DNA of 64,000 nucleotides from the NCBI GenBank assembly GCA_002269645.1, contig NIVC01002639.1:1-64000 (forward strand), read 5' to 3'. Under the pieces are notes generated by a model. The model made no database searches. It worked only from the letters and a program-made list of their open reading frames with translations, and was not told where the DNA came from. Source of the stretch: Macrostomum lignano (lineage: Eukaryota). Shown here in pieces: positions 46,301-58,890 of this stretch (its first letter is position 1; the number at the start of each line of letters is the position of its first letter). Made by a program: the position numbers and the translations under genes.

Positions 46301-49300
46301 TTTCTCTCGCCTCCTCTCCATCACCTTCCATGTTCCTCTGTATTTCTCTCAAATTTCTCAAGGGGCAGAGCAGCTCAGCGATAAAAGCGCCTCCCTCTCA
46401 GCATCACCATGTATTTCCATCCGAATCTCTCTCGCTCTTTTATCTCCTTACTGATCCGAAATTTGTCACTAAAATCTGAGCTAAAATTGCAACACACCGG
46501 GTCGGGCTTATTTCTAGATTAGTTTTACACAATCTCACATTTCTACTACCAAGTTACCCACCTGGCGCTTTCGCTCCCCGAGTCTGGCGCGGCCCCGATG
46601 GCCAGGTGATAATATCCGTATTGGGGAAACTTGATGGAGACGCTGGCCCTGGCCTCGGCGACGCTGGTCTCCACCAGGATGAGGTCAGTGTAGTCGTGAT
46701 GGCCCCGATGGTCCTGCAGGCGCATTGTGACGCAGTAGAGTAGCGGCCGGCCCATGCGCCAGACAACGCGCAGTGTCCGAGTTGCGCACTCCAAGTACCC
46801 AAACTGATGAGGCGCCAGCGGCTCGGTGTCCAGACTCCGACAGGCGTCCGAATTGACGCCTAGCGGCTCTTTAAGCCGGGGGTAGAGGAAGTCGGGATCC
46901 TGGCAGGGCGCCTGGCTGTCGATGAGGTAGTCGCAGACTGGCACCACCCGGCCGCTGGGCAGCCGACAGGAGATGCAGGCTGCGTACAGGCCTTCCTTTG
47001 GCGCGCGCAGATGGAACACGGCCTCGCCGTTCTCCATCCAGTGAATGCTGTACAGTTCAAGGAATCGGATGCCATTGTCTGTGCTGCGGAGCTCAATCTG
47101 GATAGTCGATTGATGGGATGGGCGAGAGCATGAGCTTAGTCAGGTGGTGCTTCAAGGACTTCTTAGTGGTATTTAAGGACTTCTTAGAGTGGTCCTTCAA
47201 CGACTTCTTAGTAGTCTTAGTGGTAAGGACTTCTTACAGTTTTACCAACCATTATACGAGAGCAGTGAGCCTCCCAGCAGGCCAGCCCAGCTCACCGAGT
47301 ACTGCAGGTGGTTACTCTCAGTCGCAAAGCGCAGCCTCGCCTCGCCTCGCACCGTCTCCACCAGGGGATCCGGGTGGGTCAGCGGGTCCAGCCCCGCCTC
47401 GGCTGTCTGGCCGCCCGGCCCCCACTCGGTGAGGTTGCCTGCCGGCACGGGCGCCACCTCGGCCGGGCGCCGGCAGTGAAACACGTAGGAGATCACGTGA
47501 CGCAGGCAGCTGTCCGCGCACCTGGCGCCGAATAGTTTCAGTAGAAACTTGCCAGCCACTGGTGGAATCACGGTGATGAACAGTTCTCGCTTCTTCACGC
47601 TGTGCCCCGTGATGCAAAAGTGCGCCAGCTGCCATTTCTGCGATTTGTATTGAATCTCGCTGCCGGTGGCCTCCGAGTTCAGCGCCGAGGCGTGGATGTA
47701 CAGCCGGGCGGAGTAGATGGCGAAGGCTTCGCGCGGCTCCTCCTGGAACTCCAGCGTGTTGTCCTGGCCCTTCTTGATGTGCAGCCCCAGCCGGCGCTCC
47801 TGCTGCGACAGGCCGCTGTCGCGGATCTCGAAGACGCACTTTGGATGGCTGACAATCTCCAGGCCGAGCCGCTCCATTTCCTCTGGCTCGCACTGCGGCA
47901 TCTCTTCGAATTCTTCAAGGCTGATTGGCCGGGGCAGCAGCTGCCAGCGGGGATCGTAGGGGAAATGCTCCAGCACCGCGTAGTGCGGGTCGGTCAGGAA
48001 GTAGAACTCGCTGATGGCGAACCCGACCTCCCCGGCTGCCGCTGCCGAGGTGCCAGCCGCGGCGTCGGAGGCTGCGGCGGCTGCGGCAGCTTCGTCTAGT
48101 CGGCTCCATTCTCCGCTGTCGTAGCCCTGGAGTGATGAGAGTCATGAGCCAAAGTGCCCAGTGGGTTCGATATCAGTCACATTAATTGGGGGTTGGTGGA
48201 TGTTGCAACCCCATAACGGTCAAAGTATGCGCGTGCGCACTCAGGTGTCAACGGAATGAGAATGACGTCACCTTGCGGCTTCCAAAGCAAAGGCTTCCTG
48301 CAGACTACAACTACTTAGTAAGGCCTGACAATGAGCACTTCGAGACCTTGAAAGCTGCGCTCCCTCGTTAAAGAAATTTGCATGTAAAACAGTTAAAGCC
48401 CTATGAAGAATCTCTATTTCAATTCACTTGCAACTTTGCAAAACCTGGACAGTTCCTACATCTCCAATGCAGTTTAGTACCGAAACGCCCACAGTTCTGA
48501 TGAAAATAAGCTTGTTAAAGCGACTCACCTGCAGCACCTGACAGGCCCAGATTGGGTCAATGAGACGCCACTGGCCTTCAACGAGCACCGCCAGCCATAG
48601 GGACGCGTTATCCTCGTTGACGTGGTGCCCGATTCGATACTGAGCGCCCTTGGTGACCCCGCCGACGACCTGCAGGTATATAAAGCTCAATGCATGTATT
48701 GAGACAGCTGTTTAACATTCTGAGGTACATGTACAGCATTTGATAGCGTTGGTGAGGATTGACGGTGTTGGAAGCTGCAGCAGATTGGGTGACGGTGTGG
48801 AAGGCTACAGAAGATTGGGTGACGGTGTTGAAGGCTACAGCAGATTGGGTGACGGTGTTGGAGGCTACAGCAGATTGGGTGACGGTGTGGAAGGCTACAG
48901 CAGATCGGATGACGGTGTTGGAGGCTACAGCAGATTGGGTGACGGTGTTGGAGGCTACAGCAGATTGGGTGACGGTGTTGGAGGCTACAGCAGATTGGGT
49001 GACGGTGTTGGAGGCTACAGCAGATTGGGTGACGGTGTTGAAAGAAAGAGGGAAAGAAAAATATGTTTCTCTCTCCTCCCTATAGTAAAAAAAGGCGGAC
49101 CTCTGCAGCGATGCCCGCATGCCGCAGCAGACGGTGCAGCAGCAGCACGTAGTTGATGCCGCGGCCCTCCCTGATGCAGCGAATGTAGTGCAGCGGATCC
49201 TCCTGCGTGGTCTCGGCGCCTTCAAGCAGCGCATCAACCCGACGATTGCCGGCGGTCACCGCCATCCAGCGGAACAGGACTCGGACTGCTTCTAGTTCGG

Positions 49301-51497
49301 TGCTCACCTGGGGAGGAGGCGATGTGGCTCATCATTGCTATATAGTTGCTATATAGTTACCATATAGTTACTGCGTCTTTTGAGTTTCAGCTCGTGTTAC
49401 TCGTATACGAGTATATAGCTATCTTCGCAAAGTGCTGTGATGTGGCCATTGGGATCTTTAGGATGCCCATAGTGAGTGCCACACCCTAGTCATCGTGTGC
49501 TCTGTTAATTCACATAGGATCTAAAGAGTTGTTATAATACTTCTTGAGAATTGAAGAGTGACCAGAGAGGGAAGAGTGACCAGAGAGTGAAGAGTGACCA
49601 GAGAGTGAAGAGTGACCAGAGAGGGAAGAGTGACCAGAGAGGGAAGAGTGACCAGAGAGGGAAGAGTGACCAGAGAGTGAAGAGTGACCAGAGAGGGAAG
49701 AGTGACCAGAGAGGGGAGAGTGACCAGAGAGTGAAAAGTGACCAGAGAGTAAAGAGTGACCAGAGAGGGAAGAGTGACCAGAGAGTGAAGAGTGACCATG
49801 ACAGAGAGGGAAGAGTAACTAGAGAGTGAAGGGTGACCAGAGAGGGAAGAGTGACCAGAGAGGGAAGAGTAACTAGAGAGTGAAAAGTGACCAGAAAGTG
49901 AAGAGAGACGAGAGAGGGAAGAGTAACTAGAGAGTGAACAGTGACTAGAGAGTGAACAGTGACCAGAGAGTGAAGAGTGACCAATCTTGCTGTCGAAAGA
50001 ATAATGGAAAAATTGAGTTACTTATCTAGGGCCTGAAGTCAAAGTGGAGAGTGTGTTAAGTTATGAAGAGTGACCACATGGTGACAGTGACTCATCTATT
50101 GAAATCCAGAGTTTGGAGTGGATTTTAGGAGTGGAAATTTTAGGAGTGGAGTGGATAATCCAGTGCCAGGCTGATTTCCATCTTCACCTGGTCGCACAGG
50201 TGGCCAACCAGGACGTCGAACCCGGCTCCGGCAACCTCCAGCGGCGTTGCGTCGGCTATCGCGTCGGCCCTGGCCAGCAGCTCGGGCGCCACCAGCGTCG
50301 CCTTGTCCGTCAGTGGCGGCCGGCGCTCCTCCTCGTTCTCTATCAGTGCGAATCTGCCCTGCTTGGCCGCTTCGGCCTGGTAGACTCGCTGCATGGACTG
50401 CAGGTACTGCGGCGTCACGTAGTCCTCCTGGTCAGGTGACAGAGCGAACCGGTCTAGCGGGATTTCGCCCGCGCCGAATTCGTAGTCCTCCGGGCCTGTC
50501 GGACTGCAAGAGAGATTTTTGGAGGGGACCGAAGGGGTCACAGATACTAAACCACTGCATTGATAGGCCTGTACTCCCTCACTAAATAATGATACTTTCT
50601 CCCGGATGTCTCTCTATAGCGTTTTAGTGGACATCAAGTTAAGCGCAAGTTTAAGGTTCTGAGTTTTCTCTGATCGTATGGTTGAAACTGACAGACCTGC
50701 GACGCCTCATCGCAAACTCAGACTGCAGTTATTCGCAATAAATACGAGATTCGTTGAAAATAAGGCTAGACTTGGCTGCTGTCTTGGCATTGCATAGACA
50801 GTGGTTGAATACATGTAGGCACATGCTGCATGTACCTCAGAACCTTGTCTTCCACCTCGGAGGGAGTCGGTCAGCGGTAAATGCGTCTGATTCTCACGCT
50901 ACGACGTAGCTGGTTCGATTCCTTGAGCGGTCACTTTTCATTTGGGGCTTGTGCACTAAAAGCTGGCCGATTTACACGACAGGAGGGCCAACCCCAAAAG
51001 CAGAGAGTGTACATGACGGAAGATTAGACAGTCAGGTCCGCTGTACACCCTGTGTGAGCGAGTGTAGTGTTAACTACCTAGTTTAGTGTTAACTACCTAC
51101 CTCTAGTGTGGTAGTGTCAAAAACACCTTTTTCTCCATCATCAAATGGCTTAAAAACTGAATTCTTAACACGCCGTCCAAGAGAACAAGCAGGTCCAAGC
51201 AGGTCCACTTTCATTTCAATAACTCGAGCTTATCCGGTCATCCGGATATTCGTTGAATCGTTGCATTTATTTTTACACTTTGATTGCTCATAACTTTAGC
51301 AGCAGCTTTAGTTGCAGCTGCTAGGATTCAACCACATCATCCCTTTGCGATGATGAATTCTCGCCAAAGACTTACTACTCGTCATCGCCGTCCCCTCCAG
51401 CGTTGCCGAAGGCGTCCACAGCGACAGTGTCATTGTCCAGTATGCGGACTCCGGCTACGCCGCCGCCGCTGTCGGGTCGACTAGAATTGCAGCCCAT
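40347..51497 (-). CDS. KY: KY/hillarin/LTD-1-like transglutaminase-fold protein, probably catalytically inactive (~1217 aa), with C-terminal coiled coil and dynein-stalk-like domain
   Basis: 12 phase-consistent exons (minus): 51497-51376, 50503-50188, 49307-49101, 48669-48529, 48126-47296, 47097-46562, 46260-45885, 45076-44822, 44015-43775, 43139-42847, 42367-42179, 40493-40347. Motifs STELEAVRVLFRWM, WLAVLVEGQWRLIDPIW and EFYFLTDP..LEHFPYDPRWQLLPRPISLEEFE match KY/hillarin from memory of the family. Confidence 0.88.
40545..42172. repeat. 16/17-bp minisatellite (acagcttgacccacag), last intron of the KY-like gene
   Basis: About 100 tandem units. Confidence 0.97.
42531..42794 (-). mobile_element. 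tRNA-derived SINE with CORE-like central domain, copy 2 (deletion in the tRNA-like head)
   Basis: The reverse complement aligns along its length with 23962-24247; lies in a KY-like intron. Confidence 0.82.
43255..43745. repeat. 21-bp minisatellite (ttgggtcatgcttgatttcag)
   Basis: Direct tandem units. Confidence 0.96.
44155..44700. repeat. About four diverged copies of a ~150-bp unit (aatgtacagtcaaggggtagagcggaaggtaacgaatgtacatc...)
   Basis: Core recurs at ~44175, 44315, 44475 and 44645. Confidence 0.8.
45125..45800. repeat. Purine-rich ~19-bp compound repeat (gaagggagcgaatccaaat)
   Basis: Direct tandem units. Confidence 0.92.
48760..49042. repeat. 30-bp minisatellite (cagattgggtgacggtgttggaggctacag)
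   Basis: Direct tandem units. Confidence 0.95.
49550..49985. repeat. 18-bp minisatellite (gagtgaccagagagggaa)
   Basis: Direct tandem units. Confidence 0.95.
50862..50925 (+). pseudogene. Degenerate tRNA-like head (probable SINE remnant)
   Basis: A-box-like GGTCAGCGG and B box GGTTCGATTCC at tRNA-like spacing; no full cloverleaf. Confidence 0.4.
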
Positions 51498-51868
51498 TTA
51501 GCTGAGCATGTCGCTCAAGTTCAGCTCAAGTTCAAGTTCAGATCGTGGCCGAGACTGTTATTACAGCTGATTTATGAGTCACATGGCGGTCCCGCAGCTC
51601 AGCTGTTGCTAAGGGAGAATGGGTCGCTGCGCACACTATATTGCCGCCAGTCTTTTTCATCTCTCCATTTCTGGACAGCAATCTCTTTTACTCTCTTGCA
51701 TCTACCCAGAGTCCAAGCAATAGGAGGGCGGTGTGCAGAGAAGTAACCGTACTTTGAGCATTTAAAGTGGATGGAAATAACTCAAGTAGCGCACCACTGT
51801 GCGTTGGCTCATGTGTGTAGGTGTGCGTATAATGCGAACCGCCTTTCTACGGTATAGGGCTTTCAAAC

Positions 51869-51997
<129 letters not shown>

Positions 51998-54900
51998 GGG
52001 TTTTCAGACAGCTAAGACAGTTAGTTCTCTAATCAAAAACCAATATAGTAGGAGGGTTTCAACTTAAGCGCCAGAATGGAACCCGAAGTTGTCGGGCTAG
52101 TTGACTAGAAATGCCCAAGATTGAAAGAGACTGAGATTGAGTTTGAACCACAGATACTAAAACATAGTGTTTTTATTATCTATGGTTTGAACCAGATAAA
52201 GTGAAGCATGCGTGTATTGAGGCATACATGTACATGTAGCTTGGTTTTAAAGCTAGCTGACAAAACGTAGGTTTCGCCACGGACAATTTCATATGTAAAC
52301 AGTTTATAGCATATCTGTTGCTCACCTGAACATATTTCTCTTAGTGCTTTTAGCTTCAAACATTTGGCCATAGACAAGAGCATTTAAACGAAACAAGTTG
52401 AATCTGCAACGTGGGTTTCTGACTTCTGGTTCAATGAAGAATTGGAACATAGACTACAAAACCGTTTTTGGTTTTGGTGAAAAGACACCATTTTTGTGCC
52501 ATGACCTTTTTGCCCCTTCTCCCATAAAATGGCCATAGACATATCCGGATATTTTAAGCCCGCTTGCATCGAACACAAGTCTAATTCAAAAAAAGTTCAT
52601 TAGAGTCAAATCTGCGGGCAGTTCAACAAACAGTTTCACTTGCAAACAACGGCGGAGCATTAAAACACAATTTTCAGTACTGAGCCACTTTAATCAATTC
52701 AAATCTCACGCTGTCCTACTAACGTGCTAACAGTCTGGTCTTTTTTGACTCTCTTGTGACGTGATCATTTGCCTCTCATGACTCGCTTGACTGGCTGACA
52801 ATGACAACCTATTTTGTTGTTGTTGTTGTTGACTTTACAGCGGAGGCCTTCTCTAAATTAGCAATCTGCAGATCTGTCTCGTCCATTTCAGGAATCTCCG
52901 TTACATTGAGATGATTCTTGAGTGAACAGTTAAAAGTCCGTTAAATTACGACATAGCCGATTCCTTGTTCGGTCCAACAGATTGACGAGTCGCGAACTCC
53001 AATTAATCGGTGTTTGCTCCAGCTATCTCTCCTTCCACGATACCACTACAGTTTAAAGTCATTGTCTTCAGAGTCAAACCGGTTTACTAGTTATGCATGT
53101 TCACTCTCATTACCCAAGCCAGATATATATATGAAATTTTGTCTATTGGTTAGAATCCGAGGCCTTCGCGCACACCCCAGCGGGGGCTCTGCCAGCTCTT
53201 CCACTTTCTCTCCCAGATTTGCTGAAGCAAAAATGTCTATGGCAAAATAACAATAATACCCCTAATATATGCTCGTACTATAGCAATTTTCATTTTAGGA
53301 AGTTAAGCATTCAATTTAAGACACGGCCAACAATATGACCAACACCGTGTATTGGGGAGAGGATTGAATTTAAGACGTCGATCAGTTGAACTCAGAGTAT
53401 AAACTCAAACTCACAATTGCGTATTTTATAACGCAGAAAGCGAACAATAAAAGTGAGTTAGCATTTTGGATGCACTTATGCAAACTGCAATTATGACTAA
53501 ACTGTTCAGACCACATGTGTGCTCAATCAGATGCTTTCACGGCCAAGCAACCGGCAGGAAGCGCAGTGTGCGAGCAAACCAGACTGCACTCTGCAGTGCC
53601 AGTGCGAAAATCCTGAAGATTGATTTCGTCTGGTTAACTCTCCAGCTCCATTTGCACGGGGGCATGAATTGTCTGAATTTAACTGCTAGCTAGCTGTCCT
53701 AAATTCAATGCTCTGCCTGTGCCATAGACCATGTACGCCATACGGTGTTTTGACCATAGACGATAGTAGAAACGGATTGAACGATTGGTCAGTGTCTTAA
53801 TCTACGAGCGCATATTCTAAAGAACACTTTAATCCTAGCCATGTTGGCTCTTTTTCGAAATTATTTTTATATAAAGTACTCATTAAGTTTTTATCATTAA
53901 ACCACTTTAAAGCTCACTTTCAGGGAGGTTATTGACATAGATTTTATTTTGCGGGATTTAATCGTTCACTTTCCCGGACATATTGCAAGGATTATTGTAT
54001 GTATCTAAATAAGCGAGCTTCTCTCTTCTCTTCCTTCGTGACTCGAGAAATTGCTTAATGAAATTTTGTCTATGGTAAGAATGTGGGGGCAAGCCCCCAC
54101 ACCCCCATCCCCAACTTCAACCATAGACATACAAGTATGGCTCCGGGATTTATCTGAATACATCCCGCAAAAAGCCGAAGGCTCGAGGATTGGCTGGCTA
54201 ACATGGAAGAATAGAGTGATTTTAAACTAGGAATATGGCTTCCATTTTCTATGCGGGGGGATTTAAGTGAAATACCGACCTCAAACCCATAGAATATCTT
54301 ATACTTAGTAGTCTACTATATGCACATATTCCACCAGTTCAGACAACTGTGGGGTATCTGAGTTTGCCAATCTAATACATTAGCGAAGGAAGAGTTGGTG
54401 AAACTCCAGTTCCAGCTTAGGAGAGCAACCTGGGAATTTCTAGTCGGTTTGCTCCGGAGCTGTACTTCAGGTTCCATTCTAAGTTGACACCCTTATCTCT
54501 CCGATATGCACCTGAATATTGTACTAAATAGATCCTCGAGTGGCCGCTGAAACAATAAAAGTAACGAAATCAACAACATGACACAACATTTTCATCCAAA
54601 AAAAAAGATTTTAAAAACTGAGCTGAGGAGATATATTTTTGAGCAAGATCCGCTCAAGTAACTGTTTTTTTTACCAATATGGACTTTTGAGACCAAAACG
54701 GTCAATAACAATTTGATTGGAAAAAACAAATAAAGTACAAACCAGTACAAAACGTAACAAAAACAAAGGTGCATTGAATGTAGGGAGCTTGATAAAGAGG
54801 AGCATAAAAGCAGGTGCACGCCAAATGCATAAACCTGGGGCTGCAGTTCTAAAGGCAGTTGATTATTAATACATAAATACAACCTAAACAGGAAATTAAG

Positions 54901-55294
54901 ACTCGATACATGAGACCCATCGTAACCGATGCCAAGTGTTAGTTAGTTGCTATGGAAACAGAACACTGAGAAATACTCGAAGCTCCCTAGATAACTGCAA
55001 CTAGCGAGGAAATATTGATTAGCAAAGGCGATAAATTGCATAGATAAATAGTCATTGAAGTAAGAAAACTTCTGGAAGGGAGGCTTGTGAACTTCAAGGA
55101 CCACAACTTTTAAACTTGGTAGCTGAAAAAACAGTAAAGAAAAATGTGGTAACCGATAACAAAAGTAACTAAAAAGAGAGCCAAAGCTTCAAGCTGAAAA
55201 AATCACTCAATCCAAATTATGAAATGTCCATCAATCAGTTAAATCGAAACTACCTGACAGTCTGTCCAAAGTGATAATAAAGCCGGATTGAACC

Positions 55295-56655
55295 TCACTT
55301 GTTTTTGTGATTGTTCTGACGACGGGAGCGCTTCTTTTTCTTCTTTTGCTGATTCTTGTCTTGCTGCTCCAGCGAATCTCCAGGTTCGTCAGTCGGCTTC
55401 ACTCGCTCTTCCTCCGTGGGCTCTTCTTCCTTGGGTTCATCCGCCTTCGGCTGTTCAAGCTGCTTCGGCATCCGACCATCACGCTCGGCAGCCTCGTACA
55501 GTTTGATCTTGCGTTTCAATTCCTCGTATTCCTGCTGCAACTGCTCCCCTTTGAGGTTGGCGGCATCCAGCTTGGCTCTCAGCCTATTTCGCCTACTGTT
55601 TTCCGCCGCGGCCATGGCGTGCACTGATATGTAGCGCAGCTTTTCGGCCGCCAATTTCTCGGCAGCCAGCCGGCACTGGCGCCAAGCGAACTTTGTATCC
55701 AGGCGTATGTTCTCCAATTTGACGGCTCTGGCGTCATCTACCAGCTGCATTAGGCGCCTGGCTCTGTCGCTCTTTAGGGGAAAAATTCAGTAGTGTACTG
55801 GGCAATGCTCAGCAATGGTAGATTCAAAGCACAATATAAGAAAGAAATCATTTTAGAGTACGAGCTGGGAGCTGAATCTCACCAGCCAGATGGGAGGCTG
55901 TGACATCCTCAGAATCCCACCAGCCAGATGGAGAGGCTGTGACATCCTCAGAATCCCACCAGCCAGATGGAGAGGCTGTGACATCTTCTGAATCTCACCA
56001 GCCAGATGGAGAGGCTGTGACATCCTCATATCCCACCAGCCAGATGGAGAGGCTGTGACATCCTCTGAATCCCACCCAGCCAGATGGAGAGGCTGTGACA
56101 TCCTCAGAATCCCACCAGCCAGATGGAGAGGCTGTGACATCCTCTGAATCCCACCAGCCAGATGGAGAGGCTGTGACATCCTCTGAATCCCACCCAGCCA
56201 GATGGAGAGGCTGTGACATCCTCTGAATCTCACCAGCCAGATGGAGAGGCTGTGACATCTTCTGAATCTCACCAGCCAGATGGAGAGGCTGTGACATCCT
56301 CAGAATCCTATCAGCCAAAGAGATGGAGAAGACATACAGGTACCTATAGTCAACTATTCCGCCAATCGACTAATTCTAGGAAACTCACTTCTGTCGGATT
56401 TTCCGGCAGCTGCCTGACTGGCGGGCGCGCGTACCCTGGCTCGCCAAGTAAAACTCGTATGTAGGCAGCCCGGTTGTGAAGACTGTCAATGATCTTTTGG
56501 GTCACTTCAACGCTTTTCTCCCAAGTAGCCGGCGGCGCGTTGGGATCTTCGGAGAGTAATCCCAGCTCGATGAGTCCGCTCTTAACGGCCGGAGACAGAT
56601 GGCTGGTGTCCGGCATGGTCCTTGGTACTGGGTTATCGCAACTTGTTGAGCTCAT
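55295..56655 (-). CDS. Two-exon coiled-coil protein (~247 aa) with a Lys/Arg-rich tail; may instead be an alternative 5' end of the KY-like gene
   Basis: Exons 56655-56389 and 55771-55295, phase 0 junction (GAA|GTGAGT ... cccctaaag|AGC). Acceptor at 56688 just upstream of the ATG. Charged heptad-like segment. Confidence 0.72.
55875..56325. repeat. ~39-bp minisatellite (ccagccagatggagaggctgtgacatcctctgaatccca)
   Basis: Direct tandem units filling the intron of the coiled-coil gene. Confidence 0.95.
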
Positions 56656-58236
56656 TTTTAACAGCGAATTCTTGGATAATAACGTGCCTGAAACATGGAT
56701 TCATGAGAATTGAATGAGCCATAACTGGAAGCGGACACAGGTTCTTGCAAATAGTTTATTTTATATAACTAAGGTAGCTATAATGTATAAAGTATAAAGC
56801 CTAAAGTATCTTTTATATAAAGTAGCCTTAATTAGCACAAGTCTCTAATGATTATTTTAACATTTAACATTTAAAGATTTAACATACTATTTTAGCACAG
56901 GAACAACAAACATGCAAAAGTGCTATCACTTGTTGAGGCATCCTGATTATTAGCAATTGATGAATGCTTTGGGTAGCTATTGCGAGGCATTTAGAACTAC
57001 CAATTGCCACATTCTTTAGGGCATCCCACTGAACTCTTTCCTTTACAAAACTGTAAAGTACAGATATATTACAATCATAAAGTTGTTAAGTAAATTTGCA
57101 ATAAGTTAATTATATTAGTAACACAGTCACAATGTGCCAACAGAATATTTAAAAGTAGCTGCAGCTTCTACCTATTATCCCAATGTTGCTATTACTATCT
57201 ACAATTTATATAAATATAGTATCATCAGACTACCTAATATGCACATATACTATGACTGCATGTCAGTTTGCACATCAATGTGACAAATGTCAATATTGGT
57301 ATAACTTATCATCTTTTCATTGAAATGAGCTGTTTCAAATCATAGGATAGCTTTGACTTAGAGGATATCTAGTTGTCAATTCTAATAGCCCAATAACAAC
57401 TATTGATTTCAACTACCAATAGCTTAATCAAATAGTTCAAATAGAAAAAATAACTATGACTTTTTACTGTATTTTTAAGGATAAATGCCTTGTCATCTAA
57501 CTAGTACGGTCTAGATTTTTGGTAGGTATTTTTGCAACTCACCTTGGCTAGCCACTTTGATAGCTAGGCAATTAGGCTAACTTGGCTAAGTATTGCACAT
57601 GTATACCTTAGATAAATATATCCTAGTGCCAGCAAAAAGAAACCTAAGCTAAGGTTTTTATCTAGAACTTAGACATTAGATGCATTTTTTAATCTTAGTG
57701 CCAACAAAAAATAATATGCAGATCATTTTGAATTTATTTTAGAATATACAAATCTAAAAATTAGGCAATGTCCTAGTTTCTTAAGTTAAATTATTTTGAC
57801 ATTGCAAAAAAGAAGCACTTTTCTTGGGATAGTTGGCATTGGCAGCAAAAGAACTTGTTCAGATGGGACTTAAAAAGTCTATCACTGGTACCATTTGTAA
57901 ACTTTAGTTTACAAACTTTACAAAGTTATAAACTTTAGTTTAGTTTACCTTATAGTAAACTTTATTAATAAACTTAAACTTTAAACATAATTTTATCAAA
58001 GTCTAAAAGCTATACTTTTACTAATGCATACTTTAGTAAACTTGTTTTGGTTTGTTTTTTTTTAATTTGGTGCCAAAATAATTTAATAAGGGAAACTTGG
58101 ACATTGTCAAAAGTCAAAGATCTTTATCATGAAAGGCAAAAAAGAAAAGCATAAAGAATTTTTTAATATATAGATAAGATAAGATATAGATAGGCCCCTA
58201 CAAAAAGATTGCAAACTGCTATACTATAAAATAATA

Positions 58237-58890
58237 GGATTACAGTCATTTCAGTGACAAGACGTTTCGGTGACAGTCCTTTTGGTGACAAGCAAAAGTC
58301 ATTTGGTGACAAGAAAAATACAATTTTAGTTATAGCCATTCTGTTTTTAAACAGAAAATTACTTAGAAAATCTTAAGGGATATTGAGCCTAAAATTTTAT
58401 ATTTTTTAAACAGTTAAGTATTTCTGTATTTAATTTTGTTTATTTACAATTATAGAGTTGCAGTCTTTTGAATTATGTTTTCCAATTTAAACATGCAAAA
58501 GCATTGACGAGTGAATATCTCCGCCTTTCTCGTGGTCTGCATTTCATGAGGATTCTCTCTAGGTTTATGGTTTATGTGTCTGAACACTCTAGGACAATTC
58601 AAAATGATCTGCACAGGAAGAAAACAATATAATTAGTTTGCTTTCTTTTTTAAAATATATTCTTTCGACAAAAATTTTAAATACATTATGAAACATAAAT
58701 CTTAACAAAATAACTACAACCAAATATTATGAAACGCCTCTTATCACTAAAATAACAATACTCATGAAATCTTTGATTTTTCATTGAAAATGAAGTGTGT
58801 CTATCACAATTGCTACTTGTCACCAAAATGACTATTTGTCACCGAAACGTCTGTCACCAAAACATCTTGTCACCGAAATGACTAGTACCC
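58237..58890. mobile_element. Non-autonomous Mutator-like (MULE) MITE, 654 bp
   Basis: ~70-bp TIRs built of GTGACA(AG) subrepeats (58243-58313 and 58816-58884), GG...CC ends, exact 9-bp TSD AAAATAATA at 58228-58236 and 58891-58899. A partial copy of the same TIR lies at ~63124-63160. Confidence 0.85.

Noticed and set aside
47318-48099. Alternative-frame and antisense GC-rich ORFs over exons (also over 37658-39439 and 6058-6731)
   Set aside because: Shadow ORFs expected from GC3-rich coding sequence.
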